Assembly: GCF_006345805.1 (NCBI RefSeq)
Contig: NC_043000.1
Coordinates: forward strand, 40,610,001-40,674,000
DNA: 64,000 nt
From: Octopus sinensis
Taxonomy: Eukaryota
Direction: 5' to 3'
Below are positions 39,781 through 53,074 of this stretch, one piece after another. The position numbers were made by a program, and so were the translations under genes. Within the stretch, counting starts at the first letter, position 1, and every line of letters starts with the position of its first letter. The notes beneath the pieces were generated by a model, which made no database searches, was not told the DNA's origin, and was given only the letters and a program-made list of their open reading frames with translations.

Positions 39781-40940
39781 AGATGGAGAAAATGTTACAC
39801 GATTACAAATAAAACACCAGGTGTCTTTCGACTAAAAGGACAAATTAAGTCACCTGGCGCGTGAAGTGGAAGCCTTGTGGTAACAAACATAGATGAAGGT
39901 CAGGAGAAGGAAAATAAGGTGTTGTGCGAGTTGCGGTCAGGCTAAGAAAGATCATGCTTGGCCGAGCACCGATCACGTGGAAGGAACAGAGAAAGGTTTT
40001 CTTGTTTTTTTCTTTGTCCGAGTTGTCGCTCATATTCGGTCGCTTTCTTCCAAAAATTTAATGCCACTAGCTTAGATTTTTGGGGCCTACCAATTTTGAA
40101 CAGTCTCAAGTGTAAGAGGCCGAAACTGTAATGATGATTGGAAGCTTGACTGATGAATAGAAAGCCACTAATGTTCTGTCCTGGTTTTCCTGTCTGTCTT
40201 TGTGTCGTCCAGCTGTCCATATGTTTTATTGTCGTCCGTTACGTTTTTGTTCCGTTTTTTTTTTATTATTTATGTAACGGCGTGCGTACGCCTTTTGCTC
40301 AGCTTTTATGCAAGTATATACCTAAATTCTGTACGACTCTCCTCTTTTTTTCCTCTTTTGTTTTTCTCGCTCCCCCTCTCTCACATTTCTTGGCATTCTC
40401 TTTCCTTAATCTCTCTACTTTCTTCTGTTATCGCCCTTGTATCTTCTCCCCCCCTTCTCTCTCTCTAATTCCTTCCCTAAATCTTCAATCCCCCTGCTTC
40501 CTTCGGTGTTCGGCCAAGCATGATCTTTCTTTCATGGCCTGAGCGCAACTCTTCTGACTTTCATTAATGTTTGTTGCCGCAAGGCTTCCACTTCACACGC
40601 CATCTTAACTTGTCCTTTAAGTCGAAAGACACCCGTTGTTATTCTTGTTGTTTGTATTTGTAATCGTGTAACATTTTCTCCGTTTTTTTCATTTCTTTTT
40701 GTCTGTGTTGCCGCACATATTCACTCGCTTTCTTCCAAAAATTTAATGCCTTTAGCTTAGATTTTTGGGGACCAACTAATTTTAAACAGTCTCAATTGCA
40801 AGAGGCCAAAACTGTAACGATGATTGGAAGCTTGACTGATTAATAGAAAGACACGAATGTTCCGTCCTGGTTTTCCTGTCCGTCTTTGTATCGTCCATCT
40901 GTCCGTATGTTTTCATTGTTGTCCGTTATATTCTTGTTCT
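39781..40940. repeat. Cluster of Penelope pLTR-like repeat family F copies in both orientations
   Basis: gtcgaaagacacc...ttcttccaaaaatttaatgcc...gaggccgaaactgtaa...cttgactgatga blocks recur (39781-40330, 40500-40940), also at 50750-50810 and 60425-60780. Confidence 0.6.
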
Positions 40941-40949
40941 GTTTTTTGG

Positions 40950-40980
<31 letters not shown>

Positions 40981-40984
40981 AACA

Positions 40985-41130
40985 TATATACGACGTGCTT
41001 CTCTCAGTTTCCGTTTCCCAAATCCACTCTCAAAGTTTGGATTGGTCCGAGGCTATAGTAAAAGACACTTGCCCAAGGATTCGCGCAGTGGGACTGAACC
41101 CAGAACCATGTGATTGGAAAGCAAGCTTCT
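40985..41130 (-). mobile_element. SINE family B 5' half
   Basis: cgacgtgcttctctcagtttcc...gggactgaacccagaaccatg. Confidence 0.75.
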
Positions 41131-42042
41131 TACTACTCAGACAAACCTTTATTTATATATATATATAATATATATATAAAGAGACAGAGCGAAGAGAATG
41201 GGAGGGGAAGAGAGGGGTGAGAAGAGACAGGTGAGGGGATAGGAGAGGGGGAGATGGAAAGGAGAGAGAGAGGGTGAGGTGATATATGCATATATATACA
41301 TGCACATATAAGCATAATATTTATATGCACGAATACATAAACAATTTACGTATTTATACACGAAATAGGTAACCTTTGACGGGACGTTTTACATGCTACA
41401 GAGGCAGTCAAAGCCCAAACCATGAATAAGAGCAATTTCAAAGGGAATGAAAGTAAAAAATAAAAAAAATATTTTTGTTGTTACTGTCAAATTCGAATTC
41501 CTGTATCTAAATTTTCTACCCTTATTATTTGCACAGTGTATATAAATGGATTAGCAAACCGAAACTTCGAAGTCACAGTCAATTCTATTCATGTTAAAAA
41601 CAATAAATACGTACTGCACAAAAAAATATCGAGTAATCCTCAGTTCGTTGTAAAATTGATTTTGTTTAACCTAAAACCAAACATATGGTATATATATACA
41701 TATGTGTAAATATGTGTGTGTATATGTGCGGGTGTGTGTGTGTGTGTGTGTTGTATGTATGTATATATGTGTGTGTGTGTGTGTGTGTATGTCTAAATGT
41801 AATACGTAATATTTTGTGTATGTGAATGTGTATAACAAAAATAAAAATACACCAGACATTTTATCGATTCTATAATTCCTGTGCAAATGAAGTAGTTCAA
41901 TCTATAATGTAGAGTAATTTAGAAACATATTGGACTTTACGTCCTTTTGTCCAAGCATACATGCACAAACACACACACATACATACACAAATACGTATAC
42001 ATAATCATATATATATATATATACATTCAAACTCACACATGC

Positions 42043-42081
<39 letters not shown>

Positions 42082-42149
42082 AGTATATTTCAAGAATATT
42101 TTTATTGTGTTCTTTTATTTCATAGAATTATATATATTATATATATATA

Positions 42150-42198
<49 letters not shown>

Positions 42199-43861
42199 AC
42201 ACACATACAGGCAACATGCATACACGCATACGCAAGTATGCATCAGTCGTGAATGTGTGTGGTACTCTATTGTACACCCTGCCATGTCTGTAACTTTTGT
42301 GCAAATGAAGTCTTTCAAACGACATTGAACATCAATTTAGAAACACATTGAACATTTTATTTTATTTGGAACATAAAAGCCGCATTCTTTTGAACTTGCA
42401 AGATTTTACATTACCTAGTAATTCATTCAGTCTATTGTATTATTATCAATCAATGAATTGGCTGTGAGAAATCCATCTTGATTTTATGTCGTTTTGTACT
42501 GACAGAAAACAACGTCCAAATAGACCAGCCGTAAAGCTCGAAAACGTTTGCAGCCTCATAAATGGAATGGCGTTTTGTAACACACCAAGGGCTACGAAAT
42601 TTTTATAAGAACTGGTGTTTTCAAACGTATTACAAAGTGCCATCTCCCATCTCTTTGTATTTTATAAAGGTAACAAAAACAAAAGCACTTAATGTATTTT
42701 AATCACACAACGGCAAATTTTTGCAGTGATTTATTGCCTATATTTTGATACCATTCCATCCAAAATGTGTCTATTTTAAGATTAGTGCTCTCGGATTAGT
42801 GCTCTCATTGTAAATTTCTACAGGAATTATTGAAGAAAGTATAGACTTATATAAGGAAATTATATTAGTCCTTGGCGCATTATAAAAAATATTATATATT
42901 TCAAGCCTGCAAATATTTTTCTGAAAAAATGTGTTTAAATGATGTATAAATATTTTACCTGGTTTAAATATTTTATTTCTAACAAAAAATCACGTTCACT
43001 CTAATCACTCTGCGTCTCTATAGGGCTTGGCCTTTATTTCGCAATTGTGATCTCACAAAAATCCTAAATAAAACGTTATCGCCCAAGTTAAGAACAATTT
43101 ATATAGACCGAAGTCATTGTGCTTTCAGTAACATTTACCCTCCTTTGATTGACCACAGGTCAAATGCCATTGCTGCTGCTGTTGCTGCTACTGTTGCTGC
43201 TGCTACTGTTGCTGCTGCTACTGCTGCTTAGATCAGCTCTAATTAAGCAAACCTAAGGTCAAAGCAAAATCCTGCTCTTAGTATTCCATCTTTCATTATA
43301 TATCACTGATACAATGAATCATGAATCATTATTCGACATGTCATATTTTAAAGCTGCTGTGTGTGATTTAAGGGGATTTGGCTGTTATTTCTTACAACTC
43401 AGGATTGCACGTCGTGACTTCATTCATTGGTTCGTAAAGTTAAATGTTTGTGTGACAGAGGCATTTAGCCAGTGCTATCGATGTTGGCCAGTTATAATAT
43501 ATTATTGTCTTTGTTGTTTAACCAGGTTAGCCATTGTCATCCAACTTAATCCCAAAGAGTATCTCAGACAAAACCATCCACTAAATGACTTCGTTTAGAA
43601 AAAGTAGTTGTGCAGCTGGGATGTGAATTTGATTTCTATTTCTGATATAACAAGCAACCACCTGAAGTTGTGATTCTCAACTCTTCTTGTTCTATTTGTC
43701 CCTTGAGTTAAAATATTTCGCCAGTGATCTATCGCCTTGCCTACTCCGGAACGAAAATCTACGCTAAATAGTAGCATATTAAGTATACATCACAATTTGT
43801 CAATCGTTAAGCTTTATCTCTATACTCTATCTCTTTTATTCTCTATGTCTTAACATGATAT

Positions 43862-44244
43862 GGAAGCACTCCGTAGGTTACGACGACGAGGGTTCCGGTT
43901 GATCCGATCAACGGAACAGCCTGTTCGTGAAATTAACGTGTAAGTGGCTGAGCATTCCACAGACACGTGTACCCTTAACGTAGTTCTCGGGGATATTCAG
44001 CGTGACACAGAGAGTGACAAGGCCGGCCCTTTGAAATACAGGTACAACAGAAACAGGAAGTAAGAGTGAGAGAAAGTTGTGGTGAAAGAGTACAGCAGGG
44101 TTCACCACCATCCCCTGCCAGAGCCTCGTGGAGCTTTAGATGTTTTCGCTCAATAAACACTCACAACACCCGGTCTGGGAATCGAAACCGCGATCCTACG
44201 ACCGCGAGTCCGCTGCCCTAACCACTGGGCCATTGCGACTCCAC
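43862..44244 (-). mobile_element. SINE family C (tRNA-Arg-like head), young full-length copy with 13 bp TSD
   Basis: Head gtggagtcgcaatggcccagtggttagggcagcggactcgcgg...gtttcgattccc. TSD cttaacatgatat at 43849-43861 and 44245-44257. Confidence 0.92.
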
Positions 44245-44929
44245 CTTAACATGATATATCTATGACTTCTCTCGTTATAATCTCTCTAGCATTATGTAAA
44301 ATATGTATGAACTCGCTCGTTATATCCTTAACCTTTACCTTATATATCTGACGTCGTATATGTATGTGTGTGTGTGTATGTTTTGTCCATGATTGCCCCA
44401 CCACCAGCGCCTTAACAACCGCTTAATTACGTCCCCGTAACTTGGCGGTTCGGCATAAGTGTCCGATAGAATAAGTGCCAGACTTTAAAAATAAATACTG
44501 AGGCCGATTCATTCACTCGACTAAGAAATTTTCCAAAACGGTGCCCCAGCATGGCCACAGTCTAATGACTTAAACAAGTAAAAGGGGAAAAAAAGGCTAC
44601 CATCAACCGTTACGTTTTAGATCTCCTCTCGTACTACCCGCACTTTGTCGTGACGTAATATATGCATGAACTCTCGATATATTCCCTCGTTATAACACCC
44701 TACCGTTACATAATAACTGTATGACTCACCTCGTTATACCCTCTTTGCGGTTAGATAGTATATGCACGACCCCTTTCATTATACACTTTCCCGTAAGTTT
44801 ACATATCTATTGCCCCTCCTTTTGTGACCCCGTCAGTCGTTACGTCATATATCAATACATGTATGTCTTCTCACATTATATCTTCTCCGCGGGAAATGTA
44901 AATTATTATTCATACTGAATGTCGGGGGG

Positions 44930-45330
44930 GGATGACTCTTTACATTCCGCGTTCAAATCCCACCATAGTTTTTCTTTCATTTCTCCAGAATCGATAAAAT
45001 AAAACACCGGTTATATTCCAGGGTCGGTGGTATCGACTAACCCTATTCCCTAAATACATGGCCTTGTGTCTATATTAGAAACTATCATCATCATCAGTAG
45101 TAGTAGTAATAGTAGTAGTAGTAGTAGTAGTAGTTAGGCAGCGAGCATGACAGCATCATTAGCACGCCGGTCGGACTAAATTCTTAGCAAGCATTTCGTC
45201 CGTCTTTACGTTCTGAAATGAAATACCACCGAGGTCGACTTTGCAGTTCATTCTTTCGGGATCAATGAAATAAGTACCAGTTAAACATTGGAGTCGATAT
45301 AATCGACTAGCCCCCTCCCCTCAAATTTAT
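44930..45330 (+). mobile_element. Two decayed SINE A copies
   Basis: gttcaaatcccacc...tcgataaaat and ggcagcgagcatgacagc...gaggtcgactttgc...gataaat-like segments. Confidence 0.65.
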
Positions 45331-46289
45331 AATATATATAAAACATGATATACATACGTACACACACACACACACGCATATATATATATATATACATTTT
45401 CCAGTACAGTTACCACTCTATTGAATTTTATTTTATTTTATTTCATTTTATAATACCTCTTATTCTAAATTATCTAGTTAGCAAACATTTTAAACATATG
45501 CATCTTTCTGCTATACAATCAATTACTTTAAAGAGCGTCACCTACACGAGACTACCTTCCCACCTAGGTTTACACTAGACTCTTGTTTCTTATAATTTTA
45601 GATCATCTGCTATAGAAATACCAACAAGTATTTCATATACAACTACTTCTCTAAGAAAACTCCACCGCATTCCAGCAAGAACGTTCATTTATATAAGCTA
45701 CATCTATTAAAACTCAACCCCTACCACATCCAAAGTACAACATCGCTATTGCTTATCACTATAGACACTCAGGTATAGATAGCACATGCATAAAATTAGA
45801 CTACGCCCACAATCATTTACAGATCTTTTTGGTTTTCCTTTCATAGGTACTTATATACTAAACCGATTCACTTACATAATTAGTAGGTGAATCTCCGTCG
45901 TTGGACAATGATGATTCAGTTTATTAGAGATACGAATCTCCCGACAGGTTCTAGCTGAGTATTCCAAAGACACACGTGCCTTTAATTCGTTTCTCGAGTA
46001 GAATCAGAGTGACACAGTGTGAGAAGGTTGTACATTTTATCTTTCTGATACGAATCTCACGACAGGTTTCTGTACAATTTCTGGCGCTACAGTTTCACTC
46101 TCAAGTTATGGACTAATTTGAAATTATACAAAATGACATTTGCTCAAGATGCTACGTCGTGGGATCCAATTTGGAACCTCGAGGTTGCGAGCAAACTTCT
46201 TAACTATTCGGCCATGCTGCATCAGCTATAATTCCTATACATCTATTATAAATTACCTCCTTCCAGCACTTAATCACTTTGTTGACAAT

Positions 46290-46610
46290 ATACTATGGCT
46301 GCGTAATAAGAAGTTTACTTCCCAACCACATGGTTCCGGGTCCAGTTCCGCTGCGTGAAACTGTAGCCTCAGGCTGATTAAAGCCTTGTGAGTGGAGTTG
46401 GTAGACGGAAGCTGAAGGAAGCCCGTCGTATATATATATACGTGTATGTGTGCGTGCATGTGTGTATGCGCGCGTGTGTGTTTGTCTCTTATCACCGATC
46501 GACAGCCGTTGTTGGTGTATTTACGTCCCGTAACTTAGTGGTTTGACGAAAGAACCGATTCTGGAGTAAGTAACAGGCTCAAAAAAATAAGTACTGGGGT
46601 CAATCGACTG
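46290..46610 (+). mobile_element. SINE family B with internal deletion
   Basis: aaccacatggttccgg...aagccttgtgagtgg...cccgtcgtata...tttacgtcccgtaacttag. Confidence 0.75.
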
Positions 46611-46669
46611 CCCCCCTCTCCCAAAATTTAGGGTCTTGTGCCTATAGTAGAAAAGAATCGTTAGTCCAC

Positions 46670-47050
46670 TGGACAAAATGTCTAACGGCATTTCGTCGTA
46701 TTTACGTCCTGATTTCAAATTCTACCGAGGCCAAATTTGCCGTTAATAATTTTGGATCGATAAAATAAGTACCAGTTATATCTTGGCGTCGATGTAATCG
46801 ACTTAGGCGCTGCCCCGAAATTGCTGACCATGTACCAAAATTTGAAACCGATATTATCGGTGAGCTGACAGGATCGTTTGTACTCCAGAGAAAATGTTTT
46901 GTAGCATTTCGTTCATTTTTATGTTTTCAGTTCAAAATTCCTCCGATATCGACTTCACCTTCCATCTTTCGGAGTTCGATAAAATACGTACAAGTTACGC
47001 ACAGGGGTCGATGTAATCAACAAACTTTCATTTGGTGCCAAAATTTGAAG
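46670..47050 (+). mobile_element. Two decayed SINE A copies in tandem
   Basis: ttcaaattctaccgaggcc...tcgataaaataagtaccag and a second unit ending gtgccaaaatttgaa. Confidence 0.65.
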
Positions 47051-47343
47051 CCATTAGTATCAGCTTCTCAAACAAGAAAATAACAATTTACATTCTCACC
47101 CAGAAAATTCTAACAGCAACTTACAATCTATTCCTTTATAAAATACAATTAGCCTAATAATTATACTCTATTTTCATAAGATATTGTAATTGTGATACTT
47201 TTACATATCCCAATATTTTCTCCCTTTATAATTCTTTCTTTATGTTGTCAGATAGATCTCCTGACATAATATTCTTTGATCTGCCATTTTTTCTTCTTTC
47301 TTTTTATGATACACACACACACACACACACACATCTTGTTATC

Positions 47344-47417
<74 letters not shown>

Positions 47418-47576
47418 TTAAACGAAAGAACTCACATATTAGTAAAAAAAACTTCTTCCCAAAAATGGTTATTAAAATCCTTATTAAAATTTCATAACGT
47501 TCTTTTGAAAAATAATTTTTTAAAAGAAATCACCTTTACACTTCAAAAACTGTATTAAGTAATTCTCATAGACTTT

Positions 47577-47660
<84 letters not shown>

Positions 47661-48482
47661 TACATACATTCATGCAGTTGAAATAGACTCAAATCGACAT
47701 TAAAAGCCATGAAACAATCCAGAACATAGTGTTACATCGTCGTTAATGGTTCAACATTGCACTCATATCTTCCTACCCATCCCTGCAAGTGCTCACACTT
47801 GTAATGGTAGTGATATAATTTCCCCGTTTAAACCAATTCTTGTTTTCCTAAATCTTACACTCTATCTATTTTCATACTTCCCCCACCGCACATCCACTGT
47901 TTCTTACGTAAATTGTCCCAGTACGATTGGACTAAAGTGATTCTGTACTACTCTGTATCTTACAGACACTTTAGAATTGAACATTCTGCAGAAGTGATTT
48001 TCCCCTTCAGCGAAAAATGACAGAGAAACCCGCTGCTTTGACATAATGGAATGTGAGAAGTTGAGTTGTGTTACATTGGAGATAAATTGAAGATACATAT
48101 ATTTTATAGCGATGTAGCATGTGTGGTTTCCCTTTGGTGGTGCGGTTATTTAACGCAATGGCTATGTTTAATCGTGTAATGATATAGTTCTGTAGTTATA
48201 TGTAATGTGGCGGAATGTAGCTGGAATGTAGAGGTGATGCTATGATATTATTTCTATGCGCAGTGGTGTAGTGAAATAGTGCTGAAGTTATGTACAGCTG
48301 TGAAGCGGTGGTGAGGTGCTATTTGTGGTGAGGAAGGATTAAGTGTCTTGAAGTGTTTAGTCGAATAAATCAACGCTAGTTGTTAATATATGTGTGTGTG
48401 TCCGTGTATGAGTGTGCATGTGTGTTTGTGTGTGTGTGTGTATGTGTATATACATACATACATACATACATATGCACACACG

Positions 48483-48512
<30 letters not shown>

Positions 48513-48517
<5 letters not shown>

Positions 48518-48825
48518 GCAAGAAGAAAATGGAGGAAAAATAACAGGAAGAAGTTGGCCATTTGCGCTAGTAAGCCATTTATTTAATTAATTAATAAAGA
48601 AAAGTGGTAGTAATAGTACATTTACGATCGTTTCTCTTTACCAGTTGTAGTGGTAGACATCATTAGAATGCAGAATCATATGTAGAGGTAAGAAGAGCGA
48701 AAGACATAGGGATATATTGGTAACGAGAATAAAGACAAAGAATGGTGAGTCTTACATTATAGTAGATTTCTTAGTTGATAAGAACTTCTTCCTGTTATTT
48801 TCCCTCCATTTTCTTCTTGCATATA
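48513..48825. mobile_element. MITE-like element with 43 bp near-perfect TIRs
   Basis: tatatgcaagaagaaaatggaggaaaaataacaggaagaagtt (48513-48555) versus aacttcttcctgttattttccctccattttcttcttgcatata (48783-48825). Confidence 0.75.
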
Positions 48826-48968
48826 ATTTAAATTACGGTCTACCCGCTGAATTACCTGCTACCGTATACCTTTGACCAAGGACTCTACCAACGCAGGTAA
48901 TCACCAGGAGCGCCTTTGGATTTAATCATCCCTTACAAGTTTTAAACACCTCTAACTTATACCTACTT

Positions 48969-48999
<31 letters not shown>

Positions 49000-49671
49000 C
49001 ACATATAATATATATACATACTTCGTTTTTGGATTTGATTTGCAAGATTCTTTATGTGAGTTCGTGTGTTGAAGCATATTTTATTGTGTCTTGGGAGAGT
49101 CATTCTCTTTTAGTGCCTTATTATTTAACACTCTCACCGGTAAAGTTTCCATCATTTATTTATTTATTTTTTCCTAAAATCTTCGTTGCGTCTTGCAACC
49201 TTTTCAATAGTCGTTAATTCTGTCCGTTATCCGAGCTACGTTCTTTTTGCTTGTTTGTGCGCGCACACACACACATATATTTATATCGTGAGTAAATCAT
49301 AAACCCGAAAAAGAAGGGACTTAAGTTATAGAGCAGTAGAGTATACCGATAAAGATAGATATGGCCGGTCTATTTTTTTCTAGAGAGACCACTTGCTAGA
49401 GAGACCATAGTCCATCAGATTTAGGGTCTGAAGAAACGCTGGAAAGCTAAGTGCTTTATGAACGTGAAACCCATGCCAACCCCATAGACTGACTCTGTCT
49501 ATCTTTACCTATTTATCTATCTATCTTTACCTATATATATCTATCTGTCTATCTATATCGAAAAGAGGCGCTCTGTTGCTTCTGCTAAATATTAATAAAA
49601 ATATATATGTACTCATATTTTTAGTTTTGTTTTTCTTGTTTGCTTCACCATAGATAAACACACACACACAC

Positions 49672-49772
<101 letters not shown>

Positions 49773-50689
49773 GAGAGATATGGATGGATGGATGGATGGA
49801 TGGATGGATGGATGGGTGGATGGATGGATGGATGTATGGATGGGTGGATGGATGGATGAGTTTTTTGTATCTATACTCCAGCATGTGTGTTTGTGTGTAA
49901 ATACGGATGCGTATACCAATGAAAAGAGAGACAAATGTGTTTGTGAGTCAACATATGTGTATGAATGAGTGACCATGTATATGCGTGTATTTATATGTAT
50001 ATTTATGCTTGTGTGCAGTGTATGCGTTTGAGTCTGAGTTTGTATAAGATGTGTGCATGTTTGAATAAATAGTATGAATGTGAATTCGTACACAGTTGTG
50101 TGGCGATGCGGAAGAATGATCTATATGAAGGACTTCCGCTTAGCACGAACGTCACGGCCTATATTCTCAAGCTGGGATTCAACCGCCATTTTAACACGTG
50201 ATTTACACGACCCTTAGTGCACTAAATCAACGCGTGTTTGCTTTTGTAACGTGTCTACAATATGTCTTCTTAGCAACGGCATCAACTCAGAGAAGGATGA
50301 CAGTAGAGTTGTGGGAGGGAGAGGAGAGAGGGGAGAGAAGAGAGGTAAGATATGAGCGACACACGCGCTGAAAGGGTGTAAATTTATGCACTTTAGTTAC
50401 ATTTCATCTAACATTAAAATTTTTCACAGTTCCATGTATTTATATTTAATTCGACCACGAAATTACGGCAAATTAGAATGTATAAACAGAAAAATCAATA
50501 AAGGAAAACATTTATGGTGGTAGAGCATCAAGGTTCTTTTGTAGTTCTTATAATTGAAACAAAAAGTGTGTATAGTTGTGATACATGTGGATAGGTGCGT
50601 TGTTTTATTAGCGTTTGTATGTAAAAAAAAATGGGGAAAATCTGTTTCTTTACTCCTTTGAACACACACACACACCACACACACACACA

Positions 50690-50727
<38 letters not shown>

Positions 50728-50810
50728 ACACACACAGGCTTTGCTTCCACACACGCCAGCTTAATTTAATTCGTCCTTAGTCGAAAAACACCTGTTGTTA
50801 TGTCCTGTTA

Positions 50811-51560
50811 TTTGTATTTACTGCATTAAATGCCCTAATTACGAGGAACTATATATTGTTGAGACAGGGAATGCATTATCAGAACGCTCACGAGTTCACA
50901 GACAACAAATCTGGAACACTAATGTTCGCCAAACTCCATTGAGCGAACATATAGAAACATGTGGCCAGAAAGCGTTTCTAATTTTTCCTTTCCTCAAACT
51001 ACTTGACACAAGTAAGGTTGGAAGAAAAATAAAAGCAAAACGTTTCACTAAAATGTTCAAACCTGTTCTGAACAGAAATATCAACAATAGTATAACAACC
51101 AGTTAATGATGTGTATCAAAAAATATCTTTAATATATGAATATAAACAAATTACAGGAGACTCCCACCGATTGAAATGAAAACGATCAAAACCAACTCAT
51201 AAAACCATTACATGTAAACTGCAAGCTAACTGGTTAAAATAAAAGCGGGACCTATACCAGTAATATCGGTGCGCCTGACAAACCGTGACGTTTAAGCTGC
51301 ATGCTAATAGATCAAAACCGTATTCGAAAAATTCAGCTTGTCGGAGCTTTCTAAAAGGTATAAAAAGGAAGAAGTCAGTCATTTCACTACAGTTACCAAG
51401 AACTCAACTCAACTGTCAGTCAATACATTTTAAAATCTGATGATTACTATGAACGTATGAAAGCGCCAATTGAACTTTATGAACATTACTAAATATTTTC
51501 TTAAATGTTTAACACACTTCAACGTTGTAATTTTTTTTAAAGTACAATAATAATAAAAGT
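50811..51560 (+). mobile_element. Penelope-like element 3' part: GIY-YIG endonuclease + pLTR with hammerhead relic
   Basis: CIYCIKCPNYEELYIVETGNALSERSRVHRQQI...PLSEHIETCG...KRFTKMFKPVLN (to ~51106) matches PLE GIY-YIG. A CTGATGA...GAAAGCGC motif sits at 51437-51471. Confidence 0.85.
51434..51471 (+). ncRNA. Minimal hammerhead relic in Penelope pLTR (U16.1 to C)
   Basis: aat-CTGATGA-t-tac(tatgaac)gta-t-GAAA-gcgc-cA-att, about 330 nt after the GIY-YIG ORF. Confidence 0.6.
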
Positions 51561-52740
51561 GAAGACCAGACCAAGTTGTAACTTTATACTACTGATATAG
51601 TACTCTACTTGACAAAGTGTTACAACGGCTTAAGTACAGGTTGAACAACTGTTACGTCCAGACTACCTATTGAAACAGGTATGAATAATGAAAATATTAA
51701 AAGTTCAGACAGAGACAGATAGGTACATAGCGATAAAACTACAAATGCACATATATGTATATGTATGTGTGTTTGGCTGATTTCACCCTTAAATCTGTAT
51801 TGAGTACATTGTTATTAATAAACACACACTCCCTGACATTATAGCTGTAAGTGTAAGGACGTGTCTGAACATGTATATACACACCCATTATGTGTGCGTG
51901 TGTGTCTGTGTATATAAACACATACATATACACCTTAAAGGACCGAACTTCACCATATGTTTTTAACTATAAATACCCAGTATGTTTATATATCTTAGTT
52001 TAGTGTAACTTTCAACTATCCACAGCCATATGCCGGTGGCATATATGCAGAAATTCTGTGTGTATATATCCTACATACTTATAGTTTTGTATGTGTGTGT
52101 ATGTGTATGTTTGTGTGACTGTGTGGACGTGTGCGTGCGCATGTGCAAATTTGCATTGTGTTCGAGTTGGCAATGTTTTCCGTGGGTATTTAATGTTGTG
52201 TGTATGATGATGTGCGCATTTCGTTTAATTCCCAGGTCATGCCGTTGTTGTGAAGTGCTGGTGTAGATAATTGCTTTTGTGACGGGAATGCTGGCGGTGA
52301 CGGTGATGAAAGTGGTAGTGGTGGTGGTGCTGATGGTGGTGGTGGTGGTTGTGGTGGTGATGGTGATGATGATGGCCGTGGTGTTGATAGTAGTTGTTTG
52401 ACGGTGATGATGTTGGTGATGGTGCTGGTGGTGGTGTTGTTGGTGATGGTGGTAAAGGAGTGCTTCTGGTGATGGTGATGATGGTGATGGTAGTGATGGT
52501 GGTGATGAAAGCACGAGAGCGGCAAAATTAAAAGTTCTTTGTTTTTTTCTTCATTTTTTTTTAATGGCTGCAGAGAAATCGTCTGCCACAGCTTTCTGTT
52601 TCCATTGACCCAGCGTAAAACTAGATAAAATGAGTGCCCTGACCGCACTAGATATGCGCCTTCTGATACAAGATAGCGGGTATACTTACTTTGTACAAAT
52701 CATCTTCCGTCATGTCTAACTATAAGTATGTGTATATACG

Positions 52741-53019
52741 GGTTCTTCTAGTTTTAATTTTTTTAAATCTCACCTAAAGATAACAAAACTATCACCAACA
52801 GCGAGTGTTTAAAAAAATTAGTTGTATGAGGTAGATATAAAGGTCCCTTCCAGGGGCCGTATTATCGATTTTTTCAACAATCTAAGTATGTCACGAGCTT
52901 TCCAGACATGAGTTCTACTCACGTGTCAAGTTTCATCAAAATCAATAAAACGATGTTGGAGGAGTTAGCTAACAACGCCACAAGCAAACACACACCGATT
53001 TTCCACATAGGTAGTAGAT
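52741..53019 (+). mobile_element. Helentron-associated (HINE/DINE-like) non-autonomous relic
   Basis: Contains gtgtcaagtttcatcaaaatc, a short aaacacacac tract and a ...gtagtagat end, an architecture recalled for HINE elements. Confidence 0.5.
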
Positions 53020-53031
53020 ATTCACTGTCTC

Positions 53032-53074
<43 letters not shown>

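Noticed and set aside
39812-39860. Three-way-junction-like fold in family F (caggtg...gtc-gaaa-gac...cacctg)
   Set aside because: Intact in only one copy here and matches no ribozyme core I can verify.
43862-44244. tRNA-Arg gene
   Set aside because: tRNA-like head continues into a SINE body with a TSD; no complete cloverleaf.
49428-49452. ctgaaga...gaaagcta hammerhead-like motif
   Set aside because: No stem II and no stem I.
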